NCBI GenBank assembly: GCA_963702005.1
Contig: OY969696.1
Coordinates: forward strand, 1,728,001-1,792,000
Reading direction: 5' to 3'
DNA length: 64,000 bases
Origin: Candidatus Aminicenantes bacterium
GTDB lineage: Bacteria > Acidobacteriota > Aminicenantia > Aminicenantales > JAFGBC01
In this document: piece by piece, positions 9,028 through 17,834 of the stretch
Layout of the letters: each line of letters begins with the position of its first letter
How positions within the stretch are numbered: position 1 is the first letter of the stretch
The notes under the pieces: generated by a model
Databases searched by the model: none
Seen by the model: only the letters and a program-made list of their open reading frames with translations
Told to the model about the DNA's origin: nothing
Program-made: the position numbers and the translations under genes

Positions 9028-10221
9028 ATGTCGTCCTCCGCGACTTCCCCCCGGCCGGCGAGCGTCGCCCGGCTCCAGGCGTCGGCATTCGCCGGCATGT
9101 TTGTGTTCGGGATCGTCATGGCCGTCCTGGGCGCCATCCTGCCCTCGCTCTTCGAGCGGATCCGGATCGACAAGGCTGAAGCCGGCGGTCTTTTCCTCAT
9201 CATGAATTTCGCCATGCTCCTCATGTCCCTGTTCTTCGGACCGATCGTAGACCGCTTCGGGTTCAAGCTCCTGCTGGCCGTCTCGTCGCTTCTGGTCGCC
9301 TTGTCCTTCGGGTTGCTCGCCTTCGCCCCGGGCTATTCCTATGTCATTCTGGCCGCCGTCGTTCTGGGCCTGGGCGGCGGCGGGCTGAACGGAGGGACCA
9401 ACGCCCTGACCAGCGACCTCAATCCCGGCGGGCGCGGCTCGGCCCTGAACCTGCTCGGAATCTTTTTCGGGTTCGGCGCCCTGTCCATCCCGTTCCTGAT
9501 CGGCACGCTCCTCGGCTGGGCGGGGCTGGCCCGAATCCTCGTCCTGGCCGCGGCGCTGGGGATGATTCCCTTCGTCCTATTCGCGACGTCGGCCTTCCCC
9601 AAGCCCAAACAACCCCAGGGATTCCCGATCCGGGAGGTCAAGCGGATCGCGGGCGATCCGCTGCTCTGGCTTTGCGCGTTCATCCTCTTCTTCCAGTCGG
9701 GGAACGAATTCACCTTGGGAGGCTGGATTTCGACCTATCTTCATGAACAGTTCGGCCTGACGCCGATGACGGCCTCGCTGGTTTTGGCCGGCTACTGGGC
9801 GGCCGTGATGGCCGGCCGTCTCGCGGCCAGCCGGATCGTAGCCAGGACCGGCCACAACGGGCTCGTCCTGGGGAGCGCCCTGCTGAGCTTCGCGGCGGCC
9901 GTGCTCTTGGTGGGGGCTCCGAGCGGCGGAGCGGCCGTCGCCGGGGCCCTTCTCATCGGCCTCGGCTTCGCCGCCGTCTATCCCACGACCCTGGCCACGG
10001 TCGGCGAGCGGTTCTCCGCCGTTTCGGGAACGGCCTTCAGCATCATCTTTACGGTGGCCCTCTGCGGCGGAATGCTCTCGCCCTGGCTGGCGGGGACAAT
10101 CGCCCAGGCCGCGAGCCTCCGCCGCGGGCTTCTCGTTCCCGTCGTCAACTGCGCGATGATCGTCATTCTTCAGATTGTCTTGATCCGGCTCTCGAAGAGC
10201 GGCCGGACTTCGGCCGCCTGA
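9028..10221 (+). CDS. MFS transporter
   Basis: About 12 hydrophobic segments; GPIVDRFGFK motif A; ATG 9028 after AAGGAG. Confidence 0.88.
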   Translation: MSSSATSPRPASVARLQASAFAGMFVFGIVMAVLGAILPSLFERIRIDKAEAGGLFLIMNFAMLLMSLFFGPIVDRFGFKLLLAVSSLLVALSFGLLAFAPGYSYVILAAVVLGLGGGGLNGGTNALTSDLNPGGRGSALNLLGIFFGFGALSIPFLIGTLLGWAGLARILVLAAALGMIPFVLFATSAFPKPKQPQGFPIREVKRIAGDPLLWLCAFILFFQSGNEFTLGGWISTYLHEQFGLTPMTASLVLAGYWAAVMAGRLAASRIVARTGHNGLVLGSALLSFAAAVLLVGAPSGGAAVAGALLIGLGFAAVYPTTLATVGERFSAVSGTAFSIIFTVALCGGMLSPWLAGTIAQAASLRRGLLVPVVNCAMIVILQIVLIRLSKSGRTSAA

Positions 10222-10250
10222 GGCTTGGGACAAAACGGCGAGGAAGAACT

Positions 10251-12992
10251 ATGAACATGAGAAGTTTAAAAGCCGGCCCTCAGACGGCGGCGATCGCGAT
10301 CGTCGCGTTCATCATCCTCTGCCGGCCCGGCCCGGCCGCCCTGTCCGCGTCCGAATCTATGAGCTCCCTCAAGAAGGAGCTTCTCGCCCGGCATGCCGAG
10401 CTTCTCATGGAGAAAGGAATTCTCGACGCCTCGGGCCGCGAGATCGCCGGACGGCTGGACGCCCTGCTCCAGGACGCGGGAGGCAAGGGTTCCGGGCCGG
10501 GGGCGACGCTCGGGTCCGTCCTGTCGGCGCTCAACTTCACATCCTCCAACCTGGGCGGATTTCCGCCCTGCGCCTTTGACCGGCCGATCGGCCAAAAGCT
10601 TTCTTCTTTCGGGCATACGGTCGCGGAGGAAAACATCGACGCCGATGCGGAGGGGAGCGCCTGCCCGGCCGGCGGGATCGGGGCCGGAGCCTATGAGTGG
10701 ACGATGAGCGGGAATTTCCGGTACTGGTTCCTCAAGCCGGGCTGGTACGTGGACGAAACGGTCTGGGCGAACCAGTTTCACGTCTTCATGAACTCGGGCA
10801 AGACCCGAATCGCCCGGACCCTCTCGACGGACGCGCCCTCCGATAAAACGCTCGGCGCCTGGGGCTGGGGATACCCGGCCGGCGCCGGGAGCTACTACGC
10901 CCTTTTCCCCAAGGCGGGCTTTTCCTACGAGAGGAATCCCGAATTCCCGGTCAAGCTGGCCGTGACCCAGTTCTCGCCGGTCATCCCCCATAATTATAAG
11001 GAAACGAGCTACCCGGTCGCCGTCTACAAGTGGATCGCCTTCAACCCGACCGGACGTCCGGTCGATGTCTCGATCATGCTGACCTGGGAGAATATGGTCG
11101 GCTGGGAGCCGCGGCTTAAAAGTATCGCCAAGCCGACCTCCTTCGGCTGGGATCGCCGCGTCCGGGGCCGCGTCAACCGTATCGTGAGGGACGGCCGGAT
11201 GACCGGGATCGCCTTCAGCCGAGAGAAGGACGATCCCCGGACCGGGAACGCGCTCTCGGGCACCATGTGCATCGCGGCCGAGTCGATCCCGGGTCTGGCC
11301 GAAGTCTTCGTCCAGGCCGATTTCGACCCCAGGTCGGACGGCGCCGACGTCTGGAGAACTTTCTCCCGGAGCGGGACGCTTACGAACGCGGAGGAGTCGC
11401 GGACGACGGACGGGCAAAGCGCCTTGGGAGCCGCCCTGGCCGTGCGCCTGACCCTCCGTCCCGGCCAGCGAGTCGAGTTTCCGATCGTCGTCGCCTGGGA
11501 TTTTCCCTACGCCGAGTTTGAGCCGGGCGTGCGCCATTTGAGAAAGCACACGGCGTTCTTCGGCGCGAGCGGCCGGAACGCGGCGGCCATCGCCCGCGAG
11601 GCCTTGGCGAACTGGCGGGGCTGGGAGCGAGCCGTCGACGACTGGCAGCGGACCATCGTCGCCGACCGCGGCCTTCCCGACTGGTTCAAACAGGCCCTTA
11701 TCAACGAGCTCTACATCCTTCCCGAGACGAGCGTCTGGGACGCGGCGACGAACCTTCACACCTATCTCGAGAGCGCCGACTACCTTATGTACGGGACCTT
11801 CGACGTCGATTCCTACTGCTGGCATATTCTCAAGCTCTGGCCGGAGCTCGAGATGGAGCACATGCGCTATTTCAGCCGGACGGTCGAGCTCGAGGACGCC
11901 TCCCAGAAGGCTTACCTCTACGCCCTCGTCTTCCCCAACGAGGTCCCGGCCGACAAGCTCTCCTACTATTGGGGCGCGAACAAAACCGCCGGGATGGTCC
12001 CCCACGACATCGGTTCCCCCCGCAAGCGGCCCTGGGTCGTCCTGAACGCTTTCGACTGGCAGAACGGGAACGTCTGGAAAGACCTCAACCCCAAGTTCCC
12101 GCTCCGCGGGCTGCGGGACTACCTGGCCGGAGGCTCCCAGGACTCGGATTTTCTGAAAAGGGTATTCCGGTCCTCGGTCCTCGCCCTGGACACGCTCGAG
12201 AGGCGGTTCGCCGACCCCCAAAGTCATCTTCCCCGGAACGAGGGGATCCCGGACCAGACCTATGACACTTGGCGCATGAAAGGGGAGACGGCCTATGTCG
12301 GAATGCTCTGGCTGGCCGCGCTCAAGGCGACCGCGGCCATGGGCGATGCCTGCATCGGCTTGGGCATGGATTCGCTCGACGGGCTTCCGGTCAAGGACGT
12401 CGTCGCTAAATATCGCTCCTGGTTCGAGGCGGGGAGGCCCGCCCTCCAGAAGCTCTGGAACGAGAGGGGCGGCTATTTCGCCATCGACGCCGAGACCGAC
12501 GACATTATGACCGATCAGCTCTTCGGCGTCTGGTATGCGACCATGCTGGGGCTCGAGGGCGACCAGTCGGCGCCGATCATCCCGCGCGCGCAGGCCTTGC
12601 GGGCCCTCAAGACCGTCTATGAAAAGAACGTCCTCGGATTCGGCGGCGGCCTGCTGGGCGCCGTCAACGGCCGGACGGCCGCCGGGAAGCAGCTTTTCAG
12701 CCAGCAGGGCGATGAGGTCTGGGTGGGGACGGCCTACGCCTTCGCCTCGAACCTCATCCTCCACGGGATGAAGGATGAGGGCCTCCGGACCGCTTACGGC
12801 ATCTATCACGTCGTCTACAGCCCCTACGGCCAGGGCTATTTCTTCAAGACGCCCGAGGCCTACCTGAATCCCGACGAGCTCCGCTGGAACGATCGCTCCC
12901 GAACCTATCGGGACCGCTTGTTCAGGGCCATGAAGTACATGAGGCCCGGCGCGATCTGGGCCGTCTACGAGGCGCTTCAAAAAATGAAGTGA
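10251..12992 (+). CDS. Glycoside hydrolase family 116 (GBA2-type beta-glucosidase/glucosylceramidase-like)
   Basis: GGIGAG, FSPVIPHNYKETSYP, YLESADY..Y.TFDV, PHDIG, WKDLNPKF, PDQTYDTW, DQLFG.WY, EVWVG, FKTPEA, YMRP. Confidence 0.9.
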   Translation: MNMRSLKAGPQTAAIAIVAFIILCRPGPAALSASESMSSLKKELLARHAELLMEKGILDASGREIAGRLDALLQDAGGKGSGPGATLGSVLSALNFTSSNLGGFPPCAFDRPIGQKLSSFGHTVAEENIDADAEGSACPAGGIGAGAYEWTMSGNFRYWFLKPGWYVDETVWANQFHVFMNSGKTRIARTLSTDAPSDKTLGAWGWGYPAGAGSYYALFPKAGFSYERNPEFPVKLAVTQFSPVIPHNYKETSYPVAVYKWIAFNPTGRPVDVSIMLTWENMVGWEPRLKSIAKPTSFGWDRRVRGRVNRIVRDGRMTGIAFSREKDDPRTGNALSGTMCIAAESIPGLAEVFVQADFDPRSDGADVWRTFSRSGTLTNAEESRTTDGQSALGAALAVRLTLRPGQRVEFPIVVAWDFPYAEFEPGVRHLRKHTAFFGASGRNAAAIAREALANWRGWERAVDDWQRTIVADRGLPDWFKQALINELYILPETSVWDAATNLHTYLESADYLMYGTFDVDSYCWHILKLWPELEMEHMRYFSRTVELEDASQKAYLYALVFPNEVPADKLSYYWGANKTAGMVPHDIGSPRKRPWVVLNAFDWQNGNVWKDLNPKFPLRGLRDYLAGGSQDSDFLKRVFRSSVLALDTLERRFADPQSHLPRNEGIPDQTYDTWRMKGETAYVGMLWLAALKATAAMGDACIGLGMDSLDGLPVKDVVAKYRSWFEAGRPALQKLWNERGGYFAIDAETDDIMTDQLFGVWYATMLGLEGDQSAPIIPRAQALRALKTVYEKNVLGFGGGLLGAVNGRTAAGKQLFSQQGDEVWVGTAYAFASNLILHGMKDEGLRTAYGIYHVVYSPYGQGYFFKTPEAYLNPDELRWNDRSRTYRDRLFRAMKYMRPGAIWAVYEALQKMK

Positions 12993-13000
12993 GACCGGCC

Positions 13001-15373
13001 ATGAAGAAAGCGAACCCGACGACTCCCCCCCGGCCCAACCGGAAAGCCCGCTGGGTCCGGGTTCTCGGCTTGATCGTTATTGCGGTTGTCGCCGTCTTGG
13101 CCGTAAAGCTCCTCACCGAACGGAATCCCCTCGGCAAAGTCGCCCGGGCCTGGACGAGACTCGGGGTGGATAAGCCCAACGTCGTCGTCGTCACTCTCGA
13201 CACGACCCGGGCCGACCACCTCGGCGCTTACGGTTACGGCGGGGTCCGGACTCCGGTCCTGGACGGGCTGGCCCGGCGGGGGGCGCTCTTCGAACAATGC
13301 GCTTCGGTCGTGCCGCTGACGCTGCCCTCCCACTGCACGATTTTCACGGGCGTCTACCCGACGTTTCATGGCGTCAGGGTCAACGGGAACACGGCCTTGA
13401 GCGAGGAGCAGACGACCCTGGCCGAGGTCATGGCCGGCCGCGGCTACGCCTGCGGCGCGTTCATAGGCGCATTCGTCCTCGACGGCCGCTGGGGCCTTAA
13501 GCAGGGGTTCGAATATTACGACGATCGCTTCGACCTCAAGAAATACAAGCAGCTCGACCTGGGCACGGTCCAACGGCCCGGAAACCAAGTCGTGGACGCG
13601 GCCCTGTCCTGGCTCGAGGAGCGGAAGGCTAAGCCCTTCTTCGCCTGGGTCCACCTCTACGATCCCCACGCGCCCTATGAGCCGCCCGAGCCCTATTTCT
13701 CCCAGTACAAGGGGGGAGGGCTCGTCGGGCTCTACGACGGCGAGATCGCTTTCATGGACGAACAGATCGGGCGGATCGTCGCTTGGCTGGAACGGAACGG
13801 GCTGGAGCGGCGGACCGTCCTCGTCCTCGTCGGCGACCACGGCGAAGGCCTGGGCAGTCACGGCGAAAGCGGCCACGGCTACTTCATCTATGATTACGCG
13901 GCGCACGTTCCCTTGATCGTCGTCACGCCCTTCAAGGAGGCCGGCGGCATCCGGGTTGCGTCCCAGGTCAGCACCGTCGATCTCTTTGCAACCGTTCTCG
14001 GCCTGGCCAAAATCCCCGTCCCCGAGCGGGCTCAGGGACGCTCGCTGCTGCCCTTGCTTTTCGGAGCGGCGGGCGGCCGGAAGGATTCCGCTTACTGCGA
14101 GTCACTAGCGCCCAACATCCAGTACGGCTGGGCTCCCCTGCGCGCCCTGCGGACGGTCCAATACAAATTTATCAGCGCGCCCCGCCTCGAGCTCTACGAC
14201 CTCGAGCAGGATCCCGGCGAGACGGTCAATTTGATCGAAAGCCGGGCGCCCGTCGGCCGCGACCTCAAAACCAGGCTGGACCGGCTCGTCGAAGAAACGG
14301 GCCGCGGCGCCCCCAAGCCCCAGGCCGCGAACCTGGACAAAGAGACGGTCGCGCGGCTGGCGGCCCTCGGCTATGTCGGATCTCCGGTTTCGGAAAAGAA
14401 GGCCCGGGGCCAATTCCTGGCTGATCCCAAGGACAAGCTCCGCACCTTCGAATCGGTGCAAAGGGCCGGGGAGATGATCTTGAGCGAGGAGTACGCGCCG
14501 GCCGCCGCCATCCTCGAATCGGCCCTCAAAGACGATCCCGAAATTTCCCAAGCTCTGCTTCTGCTCGCAACCTGCCGATCCGAGCTGGGAGACAAGCAGG
14601 CGGCCAAGGCCGCTCTCGACGTCGTCCTCAAGAACGACCCGGAAAGCATTCAGGCTTTGATCTCGCTCGCGAACATCCTGATGGACGAGGGCTTGAGCGA
14701 AGACGTCATCGCCCTCTGCAAGCGGACCCTGGCCGTTGACGACAAGAGCGTCCAGGCTTTCATGCTCCTGGGGGAAGTCTATATGGCCGCCCAGAACGAG
14801 GCCAAGGCCCTTCCTTTTCTGGAAAAGGCCTTCGAGATCCAGCCCAAGCTGACCCAGAACGGCCTCAACCTGGCCGCCTGCTTGATCGGGCTCAAGCAGT
14901 ATGACCGGGCCGAATCCCTGTTGAATTCCATCATCCGGGAGACGCCGAAATTTCCCTTCGCCCAGTACAACTTGGGATTGCTCTACGAAGAGCAGGGGCG
15001 TTGGGAGGAGGCCCGGAAGGCTTACGCCGCAGAGGTCGCGCTTTATCCCCGGGAATTTCAGGCCCGGTTCAACCTGGGAAAAATATTATTCCGGGCCGGG
15101 GACAAACGGGGCTATCTCGACGAAATGCGGGAGGTCATAACGATCGCCCCCAAGCGCGCCGAGGGCTACTTGTTCCTGGCCCGGGGTCTCCTCGACGAAC
15201 CGGGATCGCTGGAGGAAGCCCGGACGCTCGCGGACAAAGGCCTCGCGCTGGCCCAGACCGGCGAGATCAGGGCCTTCGGCTATTTCCTCCTGGCCGATAT
15301 CTACAGCCGGACGCATCAACCCGATAAAATGCGGGCGGCCCTGGAAAAAGCCAACTCGTATAAATCCAAATAG
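13001..15373 (+). CDS. Membrane-anchored sulfatase-like hydrolase with C-terminal TPRs
   Basis: PNVVVVTLDTTRAD, PLTLPSH, HLYDPHAPY, GDHGE, ELYDL..DPGE; N-terminal TM helix; TPR helices in the C-terminal ~300 aa. Confidence 0.85.
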   Translation: MKKANPTTPPRPNRKARWVRVLGLIVIAVVAVLAVKLLTERNPLGKVARAWTRLGVDKPNVVVVTLDTTRADHLGAYGYGGVRTPVLDGLARRGALFEQCASVVPLTLPSHCTIFTGVYPTFHGVRVNGNTALSEEQTTLAEVMAGRGYACGAFIGAFVLDGRWGLKQGFEYYDDRFDLKKYKQLDLGTVQRPGNQVVDAALSWLEERKAKPFFAWVHLYDPHAPYEPPEPYFSQYKGGGLVGLYDGEIAFMDEQIGRIVAWLERNGLERRTVLVLVGDHGEGLGSHGESGHGYFIYDYAAHVPLIVVTPFKEAGGIRVASQVSTVDLFATVLGLAKIPVPERAQGRSLLPLLFGAAGGRKDSAYCESLAPNIQYGWAPLRALRTVQYKFISAPRLELYDLEQDPGETVNLIESRAPVGRDLKTRLDRLVEETGRGAPKPQAANLDKETVARLAALGYVGSPVSEKKARGQFLADPKDKLRTFESVQRAGEMILSEEYAPAAAILESALKDDPEISQALLLLATCRSELGDKQAAKAALDVVLKNDPESIQALISLANILMDEGLSEDVIALCKRTLAVDDKSVQAFMLLGEVYMAAQNEAKALPFLEKAFEIQPKLTQNGLNLAACLIGLKQYDRAESLLNSIIRETPKFPFAQYNLGLLYEEQGRWEEARKAYAAEVALYPREFQARFNLGKILFRAGDKRGYLDEMREVITIAPKRAEGYLFLARGLLDEPGSLEEARTLADKGLALAQTGEIRAFGYFLLADIYSRTHQPDKMRAALEKANSYKSK

Positions 15374-15383
15374 GAGTGACTCC

Positions 15384-16343
15384 ATGAACAAACATGTCTT
15401 TCGCGTCCTAGCTGCCCTGACCGTCCTGGCCGTGTTCGTGAGCGCCCTGCCGGCCCTCGGCCAGTACCGGGAATATTATTTCTACGGGAAAGTCGTCGAC
15501 ACCGCGAAAATGCCCCTGGCCGAAGTCGAAATCCATCTCCGGGACGTCGCGACGAGCCGGGGCTACAACGTCAAGACGAACAAGGACGGAGAGTTCAAGT
15601 TCGCGGGCCTGCCCCACGGCGTCTACAAGGTCACCTTCAAGAAGGAGGGTTTCGCCCTGAAGGAGGACGAGTGGAGGTTCGAGGAGACCCAGGATACGAT
15701 CCAGAAGGTCGAAATCCCGACCATCACCCTTGTCTCCCAGGAGCTCGTCGAAAAGACCGAGCAACTCAAGCTCAACCAGGCCGAGATCAAGGCCGCCGCC
15801 GACAAAATCCGGGACAAGGATTACGACGGCGCGATCACCCAGCTCCAAGCCTTTCTGGAGAAGAATCCCCAAGAAGCCAACGCCCTCTACTTCCTGGGCA
15901 TCGCCTGCACGCGCAAGAAAATGTTCCCCGAGGCCGTCCAGGCGCTGACCCGGGTCAGCGAGCTTGTCCCCAAGTTCTCGCCGGTTTATTTCGAGCTGGG
16001 CGTTTGCTACCAACAGCAGGGCGAGCCGGCCAAGGCCGTTGAAGCCTATAAAAAGAACCTCGAGCTCGACCCTTCGAATGTGGACAGCGCCTATAACGGC
16101 GGACTGATCCTGTTCGGGATGAGCCGGATAGATGAAGCCCGAGTCTTGTTTGACAGAGCCCTGACCCTCAAGCCGGACGATCCGGACATCCTGGAAATGG
16201 CCAGCCGGTGCTACATCAACTCGGGAGAATTCGCGAAAGCCATCGAGTATCTCGAAAAAGCCAAGACCGGCGTCAAGGATCCGGACAAGCTGAAATTTCT
16301 GACCGACCTCATCGCCACGCTCAAGGAAAAAATCAAGGAATGA
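15384..16343 (+). CDS. Exported carboxypeptidase-regulatory-like domain plus TPR protein
   Basis: Signal peptide; G.VVD...PL..V.I...TNKDGEFKFAGLPHGVYKVTFKKEGF; TPR repeats. Confidence 0.82.
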   Translation: MNKHVFRVLAALTVLAVFVSALPALGQYREYYFYGKVVDTAKMPLAEVEIHLRDVATSRGYNVKTNKDGEFKFAGLPHGVYKVTFKKEGFALKEDEWRFEETQDTIQKVEIPTITLVSQELVEKTEQLKLNQAEIKAAADKIRDKDYDGAITQLQAFLEKNPQEANALYFLGIACTRKKMFPEAVQALTRVSELVPKFSPVYFELGVCYQQQGEPAKAVEAYKKNLELDPSNVDSAYNGGLILFGMSRIDEARVLFDRALTLKPDDPDILEMASRCYINSGEFAKAIEYLEKAKTGVKDPDKLKFLTDLIATLKEKIKE

Positions 16344-16363
16344 CTGCATGGTCGCGATTTCGC

Positions 16364-16396
16364 TTGACATCCCTTGACATAGGTGGTATTTAAAAT
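16364..16396 (+). promoter_or_regulatory. Sigma70-type promoter of the ROK repressor/TonB receptor unit (copy 1)
   Basis: TTGACA at 16364-16369 (second at 16374-16379), then TATTTAAAAT at 16387-16396; the same geometry recurs at 21097-21129. Confidence 0.6.
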
Positions 16397-16424
16397 TTGT
16401 AAGTTTAATAAACTTACAAATTTT
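16392..16424. promoter_or_regulatory. Perfect 16-1-16 palindromic operator (probable ROK repressor site)
   Basis: AAAATTTGTAAGTTTA-A-TAAACTTACAAATTTT, overlapping the promoter and directly upstream of the ROK repressor. Confidence 0.85.
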
Positions 16425-16443
16425 TGGAGAGCTGAGCACTCCA

Positions 16444-17631
16444 ATTAAAAAAGCCAATTCTCAGCAGACAAAAATTCACAATAGACTTCTGATTCTGAAG
16501 ACTATTTATAACAACGATAAAATCAGCAGAGCCAATATCGCTCGAGCGACCGGCCTGACGCGCGCCACCGTTTCGGACGCAGTCAATCAACTGAAGAATG
16601 ACGGGATTATCGCCGAGGTGGGAGTAGGCCGGTCCAAAGGGGGGAAGCCTCCGATCCTTTTAAGCTTCGTCGATGACGCGCGCTGCCTGATCGGGATCGA
16701 CTTGGCGGAAAGCGAATTCCGCGGAGCGGTCATCAACCTCAGGGGAGAGATCAAGCATCGCCTCAGCGGGCAGATCCATCGCCAGGACGGCCAGGGCGTT
16801 CTGGCTTCGGTCTACGAGCTGATCGACAAGCTGATCCCGCTCGCCCCAAGCCCCATCCTGGGCATAGGCATCGGAACGCCGGGCCTGGTCGATTCTCAGC
16901 GGGGCATCGTGCGGAACGCCGTCAACCTCGATTGGGACGAGCTCCATTTGGGGGATTTGCTGGCCGAACGGTACAAGGTGCCCGTTCATATCGTCAACGA
17001 CAGCCAAGCCTCCGCCCTGGCCGAATTCACGTTCGGGGAGAACGGGAGCGGGCCCAACCTGATCGTCATCAAGATGAGCCGCGGCATCGGCGCGGGCATC
17101 GTCCTCAACCGCCAGCTTTACTGCGGGGACAGGTTCGGTGCCGGAGAACTCGGCCACGTGGTCATCGTCGAAGACGGCGAGCCTTGTCGCTGCGGTCACC
17201 GCGGCTGCCTGGAGACGGTGACCGGGAGCGAATCCATCGTCAGGTCCGCCAAAAAAATCGCCGGCAACGATCTCGGCTCCGTCCTCCATCGCTTCGTCCC
17301 TTCCCCCGAGGATATCAACATCGACATCGTCTCCCAGGCGTTGGCGGCCGGCGACGAAGCGCTCAAGTCCCTGATCAACGAGGCGGGGCGTTTCTTGGGC
17401 ATAGCCTTGGCCAGCCTGGTGGGCATCCTGAATGTCCATCGCATCGTGATCGCCGGCAGCGTGGCCTGTTTCGGCCGAGCCTTGCTCGAGCCGGCCACCC
17501 GGGAAATCCAACGGCGTTCGCTGTCGCCGCTCGCCGATGAGACGACCGTTGAAATCACGACCCTGGGACCCGATATCGTCGTCTTGGGGGCCGCGGCGCT
17601 GCTCCTGAATAACGAGCTTCAACTGCCATGA
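16444..17631 (+). CDS. ROK family transcriptional repressor (XylR/NagC-type); non-canonical start
   Basis: The frame of ORF 16618-17631 extends upstream as IKKANSQQTKIHNRLLILKTIYNNDKISRANIARATGLTRATVSDAVNQL (winged HTH), then GGKPP, GIDL and GELGH...CRCGHRGCLE. There is no ATG/GTG/TTG between the in-frame TGA 16375 and 16618. Candidate starts are ATT 16444 or CTG 16432. Confidence 0.85.
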   Translation: MKKANSQQTKIHNRLLILKTIYNNDKISRANIARATGLTRATVSDAVNQLKNDGIIAEVGVGRSKGGKPPILLSFVDDARCLIGIDLAESEFRGAVINLRGEIKHRLSGQIHRQDGQGVLASVYELIDKLIPLAPSPILGIGIGTPGLVDSQRGIVRNAVNLDWDELHLGDLLAERYKVPVHIVNDSQASALAEFTFGENGSGPNLIVIKMSRGIGAGIVLNRQLYCGDRFGAGELGHVVIVEDGEPCRCGHRGCLETVTGSESIVRSAKKIAGNDLGSVLHRFVPSPEDINIDIVSQALAAGDEALKSLINEAGRFLGIALASLVGILNVHRIVIAGSVACFGRALLEPATREIQRRSLSPLADETTVEITTLGPDIVVLGAAALLLNNELQLP

Positions 17632-17834
17632 GCCATCATAAATTAGCGGATCGGATTTTTAAACGGACTTGGAGAGCGGTCGCGGGACTTAGAAAAAGCG
17701 GGCTAAGGCTCACTCGTCCCTAAGGAGGTGAGAATCTGAACGGAAGCGGACCAAGACAAAAAAGGCGAAGCGTTTCTTCCGGTCCGTCCGGAGGAAACAG
17801 GGTTTGGGGAAGAGGAAAGAATCAGGAGAATCGA

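Noticed and set aside
16618-17631. ORF-track call as a short ROK kinase starting at GTG 16618
   Set aside because: The open frame upstream encodes a clear HTH, so it is a repressor with an earlier non-canonical start.
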